DNA of 63,332 bases, the filler included, from Olpidium bornovanus S191 (Eukaryota; Fungi; Olpidiomycota), in assembly GCA_017911155.1 (NCBI GenBank). It is 28 parts of 28 records of this genome, joined end to end, with 100 filler letters (N's around TTAATTAATTAA, not from the genome) between each part and the next. Parts side by side here need not be neighbours in the genome. Positions count along the whole stretch, not along the records: positions 34,560 to 35,675 come from JAEFCI010000511.1; positions 35,776 to 37,034 come from JAEFCI010012309.1; positions 37,135 to 38,682 come from JAEFCI010009749.1; positions 38,783 to 40,020 come from JAEFCI010007394.1; positions 40,121 to 42,545 come from JAEFCI010000945.1; positions 42,646 to 44,205 come from JAEFCI010004019.1; positions 44,306 to 45,446 come from JAEFCI010004470.1; positions 45,547 to 46,577 come from JAEFCI010002465.1; 20 more parts are not named here. One strand, 5' to 3'. This document shows positions 35,026 through 45,719 of the stretch, in pieces. The position numbers and the translations under genes are program-made. Under the pieces are notes generated by a model. It saw only the letters and a list, made by a program, of their open reading frames with translations. It searched no databases and was not told the origin of the DNA. The first letter of the stretch is position 1; every line of letters begins with the position of its first letter.

Positions 35026-35673
35026 TTACTTGTCAACTGCCGCCCGGAATGGGTCAGGACCGCCTGGCCCCGCGACCGGAACGACCGTATCCTCGTCGTC
35101 CCACCAATTGCGCTTCGACTGCCGGACTTTGTACCAGACAAACATTGCGGATAGAACGAAAATGGCGCTGCTGCCGCTGATAATGCCAATCATCGCCGAG
35201 GACATCCCACCATGCTCCGTGCCGCTGGTTGGCGTTGACGGGCTTCCGGTGGGTGTGTTACCGGCCGGCGTTGTTCTCTTCGGCGCATTTGATGGCTGCG
35301 TGGCCGTCGGCTTGGGCGCCTCTGGCGCCGGAGTGGGCTGACCCGGTTGCGTGGTCGGAGAGGGAGCCGGGGCCGGGGCCGGGGCCGGAGCCGGAGCCGG
35401 GGCCGGGGCCGGGCCCGGCTGCCCCCCCGGAGGGGATGGGGGAACAGCGGTTGGAGTATTGGCCGGCGGCGGAGTTTGGGTCGGCGCAGCGGGCGGCCCT
35501 TCGGGCGGCGTTGCCTGGGGCGTAGCCGTGCCTTCATTCCCGCCTCCGCTGCCCCTCCCGTTCCCTTGCGCAAACGCGGACCGATTTTCAGGCGACGAGA
35601 GAAGGCAAAGTTGTACAAACGCGAGGACGAGAAGTGTCGCCGCCATTCGACGGAGAAGCCCAGCTGCCGCCAT
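35026..35673 (-). CDS. Type I membrane protein with signal peptide, Pro/Thr-rich ectodomain with (PA)n, and a single TM (Mid2/Wsc-sensor-like architecture)
   Basis: Hydrophobic N-terminus ATLLVLAFVQLCLL; PT-rich stalk; TM AMIGIISGSSAIFVLSAMFVWY followed by basic KVRQSKR; tail PFRAAVD. Confidence 0.75.
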   Translation of the reverse strand: MAAAGLLRRMAATLLVLAFVQLCLLSSPENRSAFAQGNGRGSGGGNEGTATPQATPPEGPPAAPTQTPPPANTPTAVPPSPPGGQPGPAPAPAPAPAPAPAPAPSPTTQPGQPTPAPEAPKPTATQPSNAPKRTTPAGNTPTGSPSTPTSGTEHGGMSSAMIGIISGSSAIFVLSAMFVWYKVRQSKRNWWDDEDTVVPVAGPGGPDPFRAAVDK

Positions 35674-35775
35674 GANNNNNNNNNNNNNNNNNNNNNNNNN
35701 NNNNNNNNNNNNNNNNNNNTTAATTAATTAANNNNNNNNNNNNNNNNNNNNNNNNNNNNNNNNNNNNNNNNNNNN

Positions 35776-35807
<32 letters not shown>

Positions 35808-35849
35808 AAAAAAAGTAAAGGTTCAGCCAGGAGCCCGCCGGAAACGCCC

Positions 35850-37034
35850 TGTCGGCCTTTTTCATTTGCTCACGCTGTCCAAATTGCCCGCGTCATTGTC
35901 CTTGACTAGAACAGGAAAAAAGAAACCCTCGCCGCGCATCAGCTGTGATGCGAGGCGCACCAAGGTTTACAGCGATAAAGAAACACTCGCAGATATGGTA
36001 AACAAAAGCCGGCACTTTACCTGCCGCGTCAGTAGATCCTCGAGCTAAGCGTACCCAAGCTTTGAGCGGTAACAGGAACTCCCTTTCAATTTTCGCGAGG
36101 CACGACCTATCCCAGATCCCTGTCTGCAAGGACGAGCCGCCCTGGCTTAGCCAAGGCGAACCGCATAAAAGATGTTGGTAGTTCAGGCACTTACAAGGTT
36201 CAGAATCCTGTCCCTTCCGAGCAAGTAAACAAGGAAGTTGACCGCGTGCATGTATCTTGAGTGGTTCGCAAAAAACTCGTCCAGAACCTCTCCGTCTGCC
36301 ACCCGGTCAGGCGCCGGCGGCGCGGTGAAGATCAGAGGGAAGAACTTCTCCTTCAAGAACGCCGAGGCGAACAGCGATTCCTATTTTACCGCATCGATTC
36401 GCAACGGAGGCCACACTCAAAAAAAGGGGGGGGGAAGGCGAAACCCCCCGAGTCACGGAGAACCCAAAACGCCGGACACAAACCTTCCACCTCCCTGGTT
36501 TATTTGCTGCCGCGCAAAACCCCTCCTCGACCGCTTCCTTTACGAGGGCAACGCTCTCCGCGCGCATGCTGGGGAACGGGCACGACGAAAGTAAATCGGC
36601 GAGTACGATCGCGCGAGCTTCGCTGGCACAAAAGGAAAGGAGGTCGCCCACGGCGCGAAAGGCGGAGTATCTCGCCACCGAATCCGAGGAAGTGCTGCCG
36701 TAGGCAGAGAGAGCCTGAAACGAAGACCGCAGGTTTAGGTCGTGGAAGATCCGAGGAATTCCGTGTCATTAGCAGCCTGACTCACTTTGATAAGCTTTCC
36801 CAATACGCACCCGGCACGCTTCCTTAAAGGAAGCGGCCCACAATCCGCGTTTCTACCGCCTTCCTGAGTCTCAGCATCACCATCAATCACATCTTTCCCA
36901 TTAAACACCACGTTCAGGAGCGCCGATCTTCCGTCTGCCGCTTTCCGGCAGTATGCCCGCTTGGCAACAATACGCATAACGGCAAGCGCGACTTTGACTC
37001 GTCCCGCGGCCTCCTCCGTCTCGGGAGAGGCATG
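35850..37034 (-). CDS. GLMN: Glomulin/Ybp1/ALF4-family protein, C-terminal part
   Basis: LLSSCPFPSMRAESVALVKEAV and MHAVNFLVYLLGRDRILNL|TGIWDRSCLAKIEREFLLPLKAW, matching glomulin LNLLRYL..KD...TGLW...IENNFLKPL. Confidence 0.72.
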
Positions 37035-38145
37035 NNNNNNNNNNNNNNNNNNNNNNNNNNNNNNNNNNNNNNNNNNNNTTAATTAATTAANNNNNNNNNN
37101 NNNNNNNNNNNNNNNNNNNNNNNNNNNNNNNNNNCATGGTATTTTCGGTGAATTACCTCTGTCTTTTGCCGCGAGTGCCGAGATTGCGGATGGGACCACC
37201 GAGCCTCACGTTTCATTCTTGCAACTCTTCACTTGATACGGAATACACCGTATTATGACGGATAACCCACCCGTCGACGCGGTTGTTGTCGCGTCGTGCA
37301 CAAACTCACAATTCGCACCGAGCTTCCACCCCTCCGATAATAGTCGACGCACAGGCGCCGCTGGCTAGCAAGTGTCCGCCACCGCGACCGCAACTGCTGT
37401 CTCAGCCGACCTTGCGGTACGAAAGCCGACGAGCACGACTTGTTGGCCGCTTCCAGCGGAACCTCCTCTCTCTCTGCAAAAGTGTTGACCCGTAACCGAG
37501 GATACGTCGCGGGATTGCCCGTGCACAGGCCACAGCGTCCAGGATTACTCTTCTTCACGCCAGTACACGTTCTGATGATCCTCGGGATGGTTCCCATGTT
37601 GTCGTGACGTCTTTTCGTCATAGATGCGGCGGCGGCCGGACCTTTCACCGCACCTCGCGGTTTCCGCTAAGCGGCACACGCATCCCCCTTGCTCTCCCCG
37701 GGGGGTCTTCGCGTTTGAGCGTTTGCACGTGGGGCCTTCCGATTTCCGGCCCGCGCTTTTGCGCCAAGTCGGCTTATTCTCAAGACTCCATGGGAATCCG
37801 GGTTTTCAGATCAGAGCGCCGCGGTAAAGTCGCGTGGCCATCGAGATCAAATATGCCGGCTTTATTTTCCGGAAAGTATGCGTATACAGTTAACACGATG
37901 TGCAACAAGATTGTGAATAACGCGAGCAAATGTGTCGTGTTTGACGGGATCGGATCATAGCTTGCTCGGATAGGCAGCGTGTAAATGTGATTTGTATGTG
38001 TGACGGAAAATTGTAGAGGTGTAAGGTGAAAATATGGAGCGTTGATGATTCAGAGCGATGCGTTGCTACCTTTTAGCAGGGGCGTGGGAAAGGGAAAATG
38101 TTTCGCCGCGGGCAGTGTGCGGGTAAACCGGCTCGGAAAAAGTTT

Positions 38146-38682
38146 TTATACCCTGCCCCTATTGCCGAACGGGTTCCGGAGGCCGTTAAGGAATCCTCGC
38201 AGCGTCCTCGTGAACCCTTCTCGGCGGTTATTATTATTTTGTCTATTACGCCCGCGGTTGTTGTTCCTGCTTCCCCTGCCGAAGTTGTTGTTTCGTCCGC
38301 CGTTGCCGCCGCGGTTTCTGTTGCGCGCGTTCCCGCGGTTGTTTCCTCCGCCGCGGTTTCTGTTCTGCGCGTTCCCGCGGTTGTTTCCTACGTCGCGACC
38401 GGCATTGGCACCATCCTTGTTCTTTCCTCCATTGCCCCGCCCGTTGTTGTTTCGACCGTTGGCGCCCCCCTTGGCAGCAGCTTTGCCGTTTCCTCCTTTA
38501 CCCCCAGCGTTGTTGTTTCCTCCGTTGCCACCGGCATTATTGTTTCCTCCGTTGCCCCCGTCATAGTTGTTTCTTCCGTTGCCGCCAGCATTATCGTTTC
38601 CTCCGTCGCCGCCATCATTGTTGTCGCCGACGTTGATGCGGATGCAATCATCCTGCGCGCCGCGTTGTGCAATCGGCATGAC
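38146..38682 (-). CDS. Gly/Asn/Arg-rich low-complexity protein C-terminus (GGNGGNNN and GNNRGNA.NRNR repeats)
   Basis: Open 177-aa frame built from 27-bp and 36-bp in-frame repeat units, ending in an amphipathic tail TRTLRGFLNGLRNPF. Confidence 0.65.
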   Translation of the reverse strand, partial: VMPIAQRGAQDDCIRINVGDNNDGGDGGNDNAGGNGRNNYDGGNGGNNNAGGNGGNNNAGGKGGNGKAAAKGGANGRNNNGRGNGGKNKDGANAGRDVGNNRGNAQNRNRGGGNNRGNARNRNRGGNGGRNNNFGRGSRNNNRGRNRQNNNNRREGFTRTLRGFLNGLRNPFGNRGRV

Positions 38683-38782
38683 NNNNNNNNNNNNNNNNNN
38701 NNNNNNNNNNNNNNNNNNNNNNNNNNTTAATTAATTAANNNNNNNNNNNNNNNNNNNNNNNNNNNNNNNNNNNNNNNNNNNN

Positions 38783-38935
38783 CCCGCCAGCGGACACTTC
38801 GCGCAACGTACGGGGTGTCAGTTTCCAGATCGCTGATGTATTCGAATGTTTCCACTCTGTTAAGCTCCCACTGGTAGTGGAGGTCGTACTCTTTGGCGCC
38901 GGAAAGGACGCGCCGACAGATCGGGCATGCCAACC
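38783..38935 (-). CDS. Possible zinc-finger-like exon (CPIC...H) of an unidentified host gene
   Basis: MACPICRRVLSGAKEYDLHYQWELNRVE; no further homology recognised. Confidence 0.3.
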
Positions 38936-39699
38936 GGGGGCCACGGCTGGTCGGCCGGCGAGGCTTTTGATGAGCCGCCCCGGGTTTGAACAGTTGAGAT
39001 TGACGAACAAAACGGCACCCGTATCAGACGGCGATAACCACCCAATCCAACCTCGGCCCATTTTCTTTTCGCGGAAAGCGGGTTCTGCTCTGGCGTCTGC
39101 AGATACTGTAAACGACGTTTCGGAGTTCTGCGGGGCCCTCGGCCCACACACAACGTTCGACCCGCCCTCGCTCGCGCACACCACCTGCCCCACCTCTCCT
39201 CGCGGCCGCCCGGGCCTCCTCCTCCGCCTCTTCCCCCTGAAAGCTGAGCACGCTTTCCGGCGGCTTCCTCGGCATCCCGTGCGCTCTCCGGGGAGGCCCG
39301 CAGACCGTTGGCGTGTTTTCACGGCGTTAGGCGGCGACTCCGGGCGGGCCCCGGGGGTGGGGGTGTGTCAAGAGCCACACGGCAGGGCGCCCAGGTTCCT
39401 TCCCCCCCATCTTCATTATTAATTTTGTTATCATAAATAAAAAGAAGTAAAATCACTCCTCCTCCTCCTCCTCCTCGGCTCCGCCCGCCCCGGCCCTTCC
39501 CCCCCACCCCGCACGGGGCACCGTCTCTCTCTGTCTCTGTCTCTCTCTTTCTCTCTCTTCCCCTCTCGCGCTCCTGCGCTGATGCTGCCGCTGCAAACCC
39601 CGCGCCACGCTCTTCGCGCCGCGCCCTGAGGCGGCACGCAGCCTTTTGCCCTGCGAATCCGCCCCCCTGCGCCGCCCAGCTGCGTGCCCGCGCCGGGCC

Positions 39700-40020
39700 G
39701 GCACCCCGTCTCTCCGGACACGCTCGCCCTTTTCTTCGATTACGAGACCACCTACGATGCTGAGGGGATTATCTCTCCGTACGCGTGGGCAGCGGCTGTT
39801 TTCGACGAAACAGGCCGTCACATCAAGACCGTCTCGGCTATGGATGACTTCCAGGTCATCCATTATCTCAAGACGGTTCCGCACAAGCGCGGTGTCAAGA
39901 AATACCTCGTGGGTTTCAACAACGCTGCGTTCGACAACTTGATTCTCCTGAGGGAGAGTCTGAGCGAAGACCGGGCACCCCATTACTCGGTCTTCAGCGA
40001 TTCCAAGATCATCACCATGA
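39700..40020 (+). CDS. 3'-5' exonuclease domain of a family-B DNA polymerase, probably protein-primed (Polinton/PLV/linear-plasmid type), fragment
   Basis: ExoI LFFDYETT..., PYA, and ExoII YLVGFNNAAFDNLIL at the expected spacing; intron-free, no clear start, truncated by the linker. Confidence 0.65.
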
Positions 40021-40199
40021 NNNNNNNNNNNNNNNNNNNNNNNNNNNNNNNNNNNNNNNNNNNNTTAATTAATTAANNNNNNNNNNNNNNNNNNNNNNNN
40101 NNNNNNNNNNNNNNNNNNNNACATTATGTTGTTCAAACAGGTGCTGAGCACTGTCTTTCGTTGCATTTGGCTCTAAAAGACGACGGCAGGCGGAAGCAT

Positions 40200-42082
40200 C
40201 AGAGACCGGGCCGGGCTTTCATCAGTGGCGCGGAAGACATGCCGCACGCGGCAAATGGCAAATACTTTGTCTTTCGATTTGTTTTTGGTAACGTTTGCAA
40301 TCGCTACAACGATGTTTTCCCAGCGCTCCTCTGAATTAGAGGATGTTTCCCGCCACTGCCTGTTGAGCTTGTACCGCACTTCTGGAAAACGCAACACGTA
40401 GGTGAGCAGCGCCACGCTTTCGGCTATCGCCATCCACCAAAAACATCTTGAAGTGAGGCGTAGCGCACCTTCGTCTGGTATGAGACGAAGCACTTTTTCC
40501 CATTCCGCTGATGACCCAAGAATGTTTTGGCCGCGTAGAAGGCACTGCGCAAAGTGGGACTCCACGATTGTTTTGGAGCGGCTTCGTGACAGGAGCAGGT
40601 CAGGTCGGAGTGGAGGCCGGGGTTCAGCAGCGGCAATGTCGTAGCGAAACCGGCGACGCGCCGCTCGAATACGTTACGCACTTCAGGGACGGATGTAAGA
40701 TTTCCGAAAGGCTGGCCTTCTTGCTCTGATTCGCCCCGCCTTTGACGACCTCGATGAACGAGACGATAGCTCTCCGCCCTTCGTTCGACAATTTCCGCGC
40801 CCGGGCGTCGCCGACCCAGCAGTGGACGCCCCTTCGTCCCGAGTACACCCACAAAAGGGAGTCAAATCCGAAATCCTCTGGGGAGAGAAGGACAGCGTGC
40901 GCCAGTGAGCTTGCCAGCAGGGCAGCAATTCGGCCGGGGTAGCCTGCGGTTAAACCCTACCGCGAAGGTACGCGTCAACGACCTTAATCGCCACCGTCAT
41001 GAACAGCCAGCACTCGCAGCAGATGTCGCCGCCACTGCAGCACGTCCGCACGTCGTCGTAGTCCGTCATGTCGATATCGAACACCAATTCTTTCTCGATG
41101 GGCTGGAAAACTTCGGCCACTACCATTTTCTTCTCCCTAGGCTGTAGAAAAAATAAACGGGGGGACTTGAGCTTCGTTACTCGGCAAGAGCGGGAGGGGT
41201 AGGTGTGTACGCGTGTGGGGCCAAACTCCCAAGTCACCCGGAACTTCAAAGGCGGGGTCGTGCGTTCGTCAAGTCCAGGAAAACGCCGCACCCCACCCAC
41301 CCTTGCGGTGTACACGGCGCCGACGTCGATCTTCGCGGGACACAACCGCAGTATCTCCGACTTGAACTCGTCAAGGTCGTTGAAGGAGTTCCACCTGAGG
41401 TACACGTCATTCATAAGCGTGAAACTGAACTCGCGATGTGTGAACGACTTGCTTGGAACTTAAAAAAGAATACCGTGCGGAAAGGGGGATATGGGTTATT
41501 CCCGCCGCTCCTCGAACTCTCTGGCACACGTCCACACCAGATGATGCAAACACTTCCCCCACCCCCCAAATTCCCCTCTCGAACGCCCCACTAACCCGCC
41601 CCGACACCACCGCCGCGGCCTACCCGCATCATAGCTCAGCCACTTCACGTAACTCTTGTACGGGAAGAGCCGCCGGTAGAAGACGCGGAGGAGTGAAGGA
41701 AAGTGGCTGTGGTCGAATTCCTCTCTGCAGCCCGGCACACGAAGGCGGGCGGTGACGTTACGAGGCCGGGGAATCGCGTCGAGCGCGCAGCAGCAGAGAG
41801 AGAGAACGAGAATGGAAGCGGTTCGGCGAAAAGATCGCGACCCCGCGGTCTCGAGAATACGTACGACGACGCCGGGGCTGCCGGCAGAGGGGGCGGCGCG
41901 GTCCTCTTCTCGTGCTCGTCTTCTCCGTCGGCGCGGTCGTTCGCCTGCAATCCCTGTCGATCTGAGGAGTGGACAGGGGGGGAAGGCGAGCAAAAGCGGT
42001 TTTCACCCCGTGTTAGCGAGCACGAGAAACAACAGATCACGCGTTGCGGGAACGGGAACGCACCGTCCTCTGCCGACACCAT
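40200..42082 (-). CDS. PRI1: DNA primase small (catalytic) subunit, multi-exon, 3'-truncated
   Basis: LLRVFYRRLFPY, THREFSFTL, CPAKIDVGAVY, EKELVFDIDMTDYDDVRTCCSG..IC..CW, LWVYSGRRGVHCWVGD. Confidence 0.96.
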
Positions 42083-42648
42083 TTCTTTTCTATTTTTTTT
42101 TTTTTTTTTTTCGTTTTCAGTCTGCAAGCGGCGCGGCGTGTTGTGGCGGTGGCGGCAGGGCCGGAGAGGGGGCCGAGGAAAAGGGGGGGAATTGTCGAAC
42201 ACAGGGTATGCCTCCGCGCGCTCTCTGGTTTGTTTGGGTTTTGCATTTCGGCGGACGGTGAAAGTCACTTGGGAGGGAAAGAAAAATGAATTGCGTACGA
42301 AACAGACGCGGGGCCTTAAGCTGAAGAATATTCTTCAACCGCAAAATGGGGCCCCAAATAACGGCGGAGGTTCCCGGTCTAACCCCCGCCGGCAGGACCA
42401 ACCGGGGCCACTTTCCCCTGCTGTTCATGGGGGTAGGCCCGGGCAGAAGACCCAGCTCACCGCCACCTTCCGCTACCATCTCCCTAACACGCAAGCACGC
42501 ACACACACACAGGGCGCACACCCGCAGAAAGAAGTGCCTGTCCTCNNNNNNNNNNNNNNNNNNNNNNNNNNNNNNNNNNNNNNNNNNNNTTAATTAATTA
42601 ANNNNNNNNNNNNNNNNNNNNNNNNNNNNNNNNNNNNNNNNNNNNAAC

Positions 42649-42718
<70 letters not shown>

Positions 42719-43360
42719 GCCTTGCGCGATACGATTTCCGTTCCAGCCGTGCGCGCATAAAATAAAGGCAAAAAAACAATCATTTCAAATCGGTTGGAGT
42801 GAGGTCATTCTTAACCGCCCGGTTTTGTCCGATTTACCCGCGACGGCAAGTGTCGACACGCTGGCAAGGTTTGGAATAGGCGGTTCGGACGTCGGCAGGG
42901 GTGCCGAGCGGAAAACTTCAACCAACCGTTTACCGCAGCTGTTTAACAAGCACACCCCGCCTCTTCCCTCTCTTCATCCTCCTCCCGGGTCTCCACCCCA
43001 AACGCATCGAAAGCGTCAAACCAGCATCCTCGAATAAATCATTGAAAAGATGGGAACGCTATACGTTGCGCGGCACGAGAGACAGAAAGAGAGAGAGAGG
43101 GAGAGACCCCTTACGTGCAGGAGTGGCAGAAGGATGAAGAAGGAAAAAAAAATTTCCCGGAGGCCCAGAAGGATGAGTAAACAAAAAAAAGCAAACGGAA
43201 AAGGGTAATTTTGTGTTGTGGAAAAAAGGTACGTCCGAAAGAAACAACTCCCTGTCCGCCCACCAAAAAAATAAATCCCGATGCCTAGATTCGCCGTCTT
43301 CCCTTTCGAGTTCGCCCTCGTGTGGGGGGGAGGGGTTTGGCTCCCGGACCCTCGCTTTCT

Positions 43361-44080
43361 TCACTGCGACCCGAACTGCGAAAACCCCACATCGCCTCCA
43401 CCGCCGCCGACGCCCTGCTGCTGTTGTTGCTGTTGTTGCTGCTGCTGCTGATGTTGCTGTTGATGTTGCTGCCGCTGCTGCTGTTGCGCGACCTGGGCGG
43501 CGAGCTGTTGCCGCTGCTGGGGCGTCAGCCGCTGCGCCAGTGCCGCGAGCATTTGCTGCCTCTGCGCGTTCGGCGGCATCTGCAGGACATGAGATATCAT
43601 CTGCGCGGGGCTCATGCCGGCCGGGTTGACGGGCTGGAAAAGCCGACCATTTGGGGGAGGGGGGAAGAAAAAAGAGGGAAGATATAAGCACGTCGTACAG
43701 ATAAGGCAGAAGGAAAGGGCGGCAGGATCATCGTTCCAAAAGCTGACACCCGGGGAGGGCCGAGGCGAAGGGCGAAAACAACCTACGTGCAACTGCGGCC
43801 GAATGCTCATCCCGCTGACCTGCTGAGCAGGCTGGGCAGCTGAGACCGCGGAGTGCGGCGGCCGCGCCTGCATTGCGCCGGGATCCATCACCATCTGGTC
43901 GAACCCTTGCCCGACGATGCCGTTCGGTCCCCCGCCCGCGGGGTCCCACAACTGCCGCTGCTGTTGCTGGCTCGGGTTATGGTTCTGCGGCATTCCGGCA
44001 ATGCCCATCCCGCCGCTGGCCCTCTGCGCGGCGAGTACCTGCTGCCTGCGAGCGTTGATGAGTTGTTGCTGTTGTTGTTG

Positions 44081-44119
<39 letters not shown>

Positions 44120-44203
44120 TTGATGCTGCTGTTGTTGCTGCTGCTGCTCCTGCAAGGTACCGCTCTGCTGCGGCATCAAAACCCGCTGCTGGACCGCGTT
44201 CAT
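43361..44203 (-). CDS. Polyglutamine-rich protein fragment (transcriptional co-activator-like)
   Basis: Two long CAG/CAA tracts in frame with Q/P/M/G-rich linkers and a probable intron near 43630-43790; identity not determinable. Confidence 0.6.
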
Positions 44204-44539
44204 GANNNNNNNNNNNNNNNNNNNNNNNNNNNNNNNNNNNNNNNNNNNNTTAATTAATTAANNNNNNNNNNNNNNNNNNNNNNNNNNNNNNNNNNNNNNN
44301 NNNNNCCACGGGTGCTGCTTTGCTTTTGCTGCCCTGAATCAATGGCCGCCGGCTGGGCGTGTGTCTCTTGGACCAGCGGACAGCGCCGGCCTAATTTTTT
44401 TCCCGGTGGCGAACATACCCAGGGAAGGAGACGCGAGGCGCAGCGGCGGTCAGCGCGTGTGTGCGTGGAAGGGGGGCCCGGGAAGCGGCCCAAGACGTTT
44501 TCAAATTTGGAACCGTCCGAAAGAAAAGAGGACGGATTC

Positions 44540-44645
44540 CGAATTTCTAAAAATTTGGGTTTTTGTTTGAGACATTGAAAAATCTGGAAAATTGGTTTTT
44601 TGTTTGACGTTGACGAAAATCTGGAAATTTGGTTTTTTTTTCCGA
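44540..44645 (+). repeat. AT-rich degenerate tandem repeat, about 37-38 bp, 2.5 copies
   Basis: AATT(T)GG(G/T)TTTTTGTTTGA...GAAAATCTGGAAA repeated; a sharp AT island in GC-rich DNA upstream of the methyltransferase-like ORF. Confidence 0.7.
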
Positions 44646-45235
44646 AATTGACGTCCAGAAACGTCCGTTTTTTCCGTTTTTTCTGTCTCTTTGTGCCTCG
44701 CCCCCTGGCTTCTGGGCGCTCCCGGCTGCAGCAAGGAGACGACAATCTCAATTTTTTGCCGGTTTTTGAAAGCCGCGGAGGCCGCGAGTTGTGCGTGCGG
44801 GGAAGGGGTTGGCTCCGCGGCGGAAAAGGGCGGCGCCAGGCGGAAATGAGGGCGCGTTAAAACGGAATCGGGGTTTGGAGCGGGGCTTTAGACCAATAAT
44901 GCCGCAGTTCAATTTCTAATTTATCTCCCGCGCGCGCCGGCGGGGCTTGAAAGAAACCGGGTGACATCTGCCGCGGAAGTCCCGCGCCGGAAAATTGTTT
45001 TGGCGAACGTGACCCCCGTTTACCCCCTCCCCTCAATCGCGCGTCAGCAATTTTTCTTGTATTTTTATTTTTATTTTTTTTTTCGCAAACGCGGCGAACC
45101 GCGCGCCCCTTGCGCCCCCTCTTCCTCCCCGCCGCACGCCCTCCGGGATGAAGGAGGAAAAAACCGGTCTCCCGCCCCGCCAAACCTCCGACCGCCCGCC
45201 CCTGCTCTTCTTCCCCCTTTCCCCCCCCCCGCGGA

Positions 45236-45446
45236 ATGACCGGACCGCCCCAGCTGGCCGGACCGTCGCGGCAGCAGGCGGCGTCCGCCCTGCTCCTGGA
45301 GGTTTTTTCCGGCACCGGCACCGTCTCGTCGGTCGCCCGGAACGTGCTGAAAATCGACACCGTCGGCATTGACGTCGACCCCGAGCGCGACCCGGACGTC
45401 TGTCTTGACGTCATGGAAGTCACACCGCTGCGGCTCCGCGCCCTCC
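45236..45446 (+). CDS. C5 cytosine DNA methyltransferase-like protein N-terminus (viral-type), truncated
   Basis: LLLEVFSGTGTVSSVA (SAM-binding motif I, FxGxG), VGIDVDPERDPDVCLDVM (motifs II-III) within 60 aa of the start, with no eukaryotic regulatory N-terminus and no intron. Confidence 0.65.
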
Positions 45447-45546
45447 NNNNNNNNNNNNNNNNNNNNNNNNNNNNNNNNNNNNNNNNNNNNTTAATTAATT
45501 AANNNNNNNNNNNNNNNNNNNNNNNNNNNNNNNNNNNNNNNNNNNN

Positions 45547-45719
45547 CGGAGAGTTCGGCGCTTCAGAAGCGCTCCATCGGCATGGCCGTGGGCAACGCGT
45601 TACTTGTCGCCAAGACGATGTTAGCCGCCACCCCGGTCGGGGCTGGCGCCAAGATCCTCAAGAAGTCCGCCAAAAAGATGGCTAGCGCCGCAAAGCAGAA
45701 GTTCAGGCGCCCCACCTAA
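45547..45719 (+). CDS. Orphan basic C-terminal ORF fragment
   Basis: ESSALQKRSIGMAVGNALLVAKTMLAATPVGAGAKILKKSAKKMASAAKQKFRRPT*, followed by an A-rich tract. Confidence 0.4.

Noticed and set aside
39700-45719. PolB, primase and methyltransferase as one viral replication module
   Set aside because: Separate contigs; PRI1 is an ordinary intron-rich host gene. Linkage of the viral-type fragments is untested.
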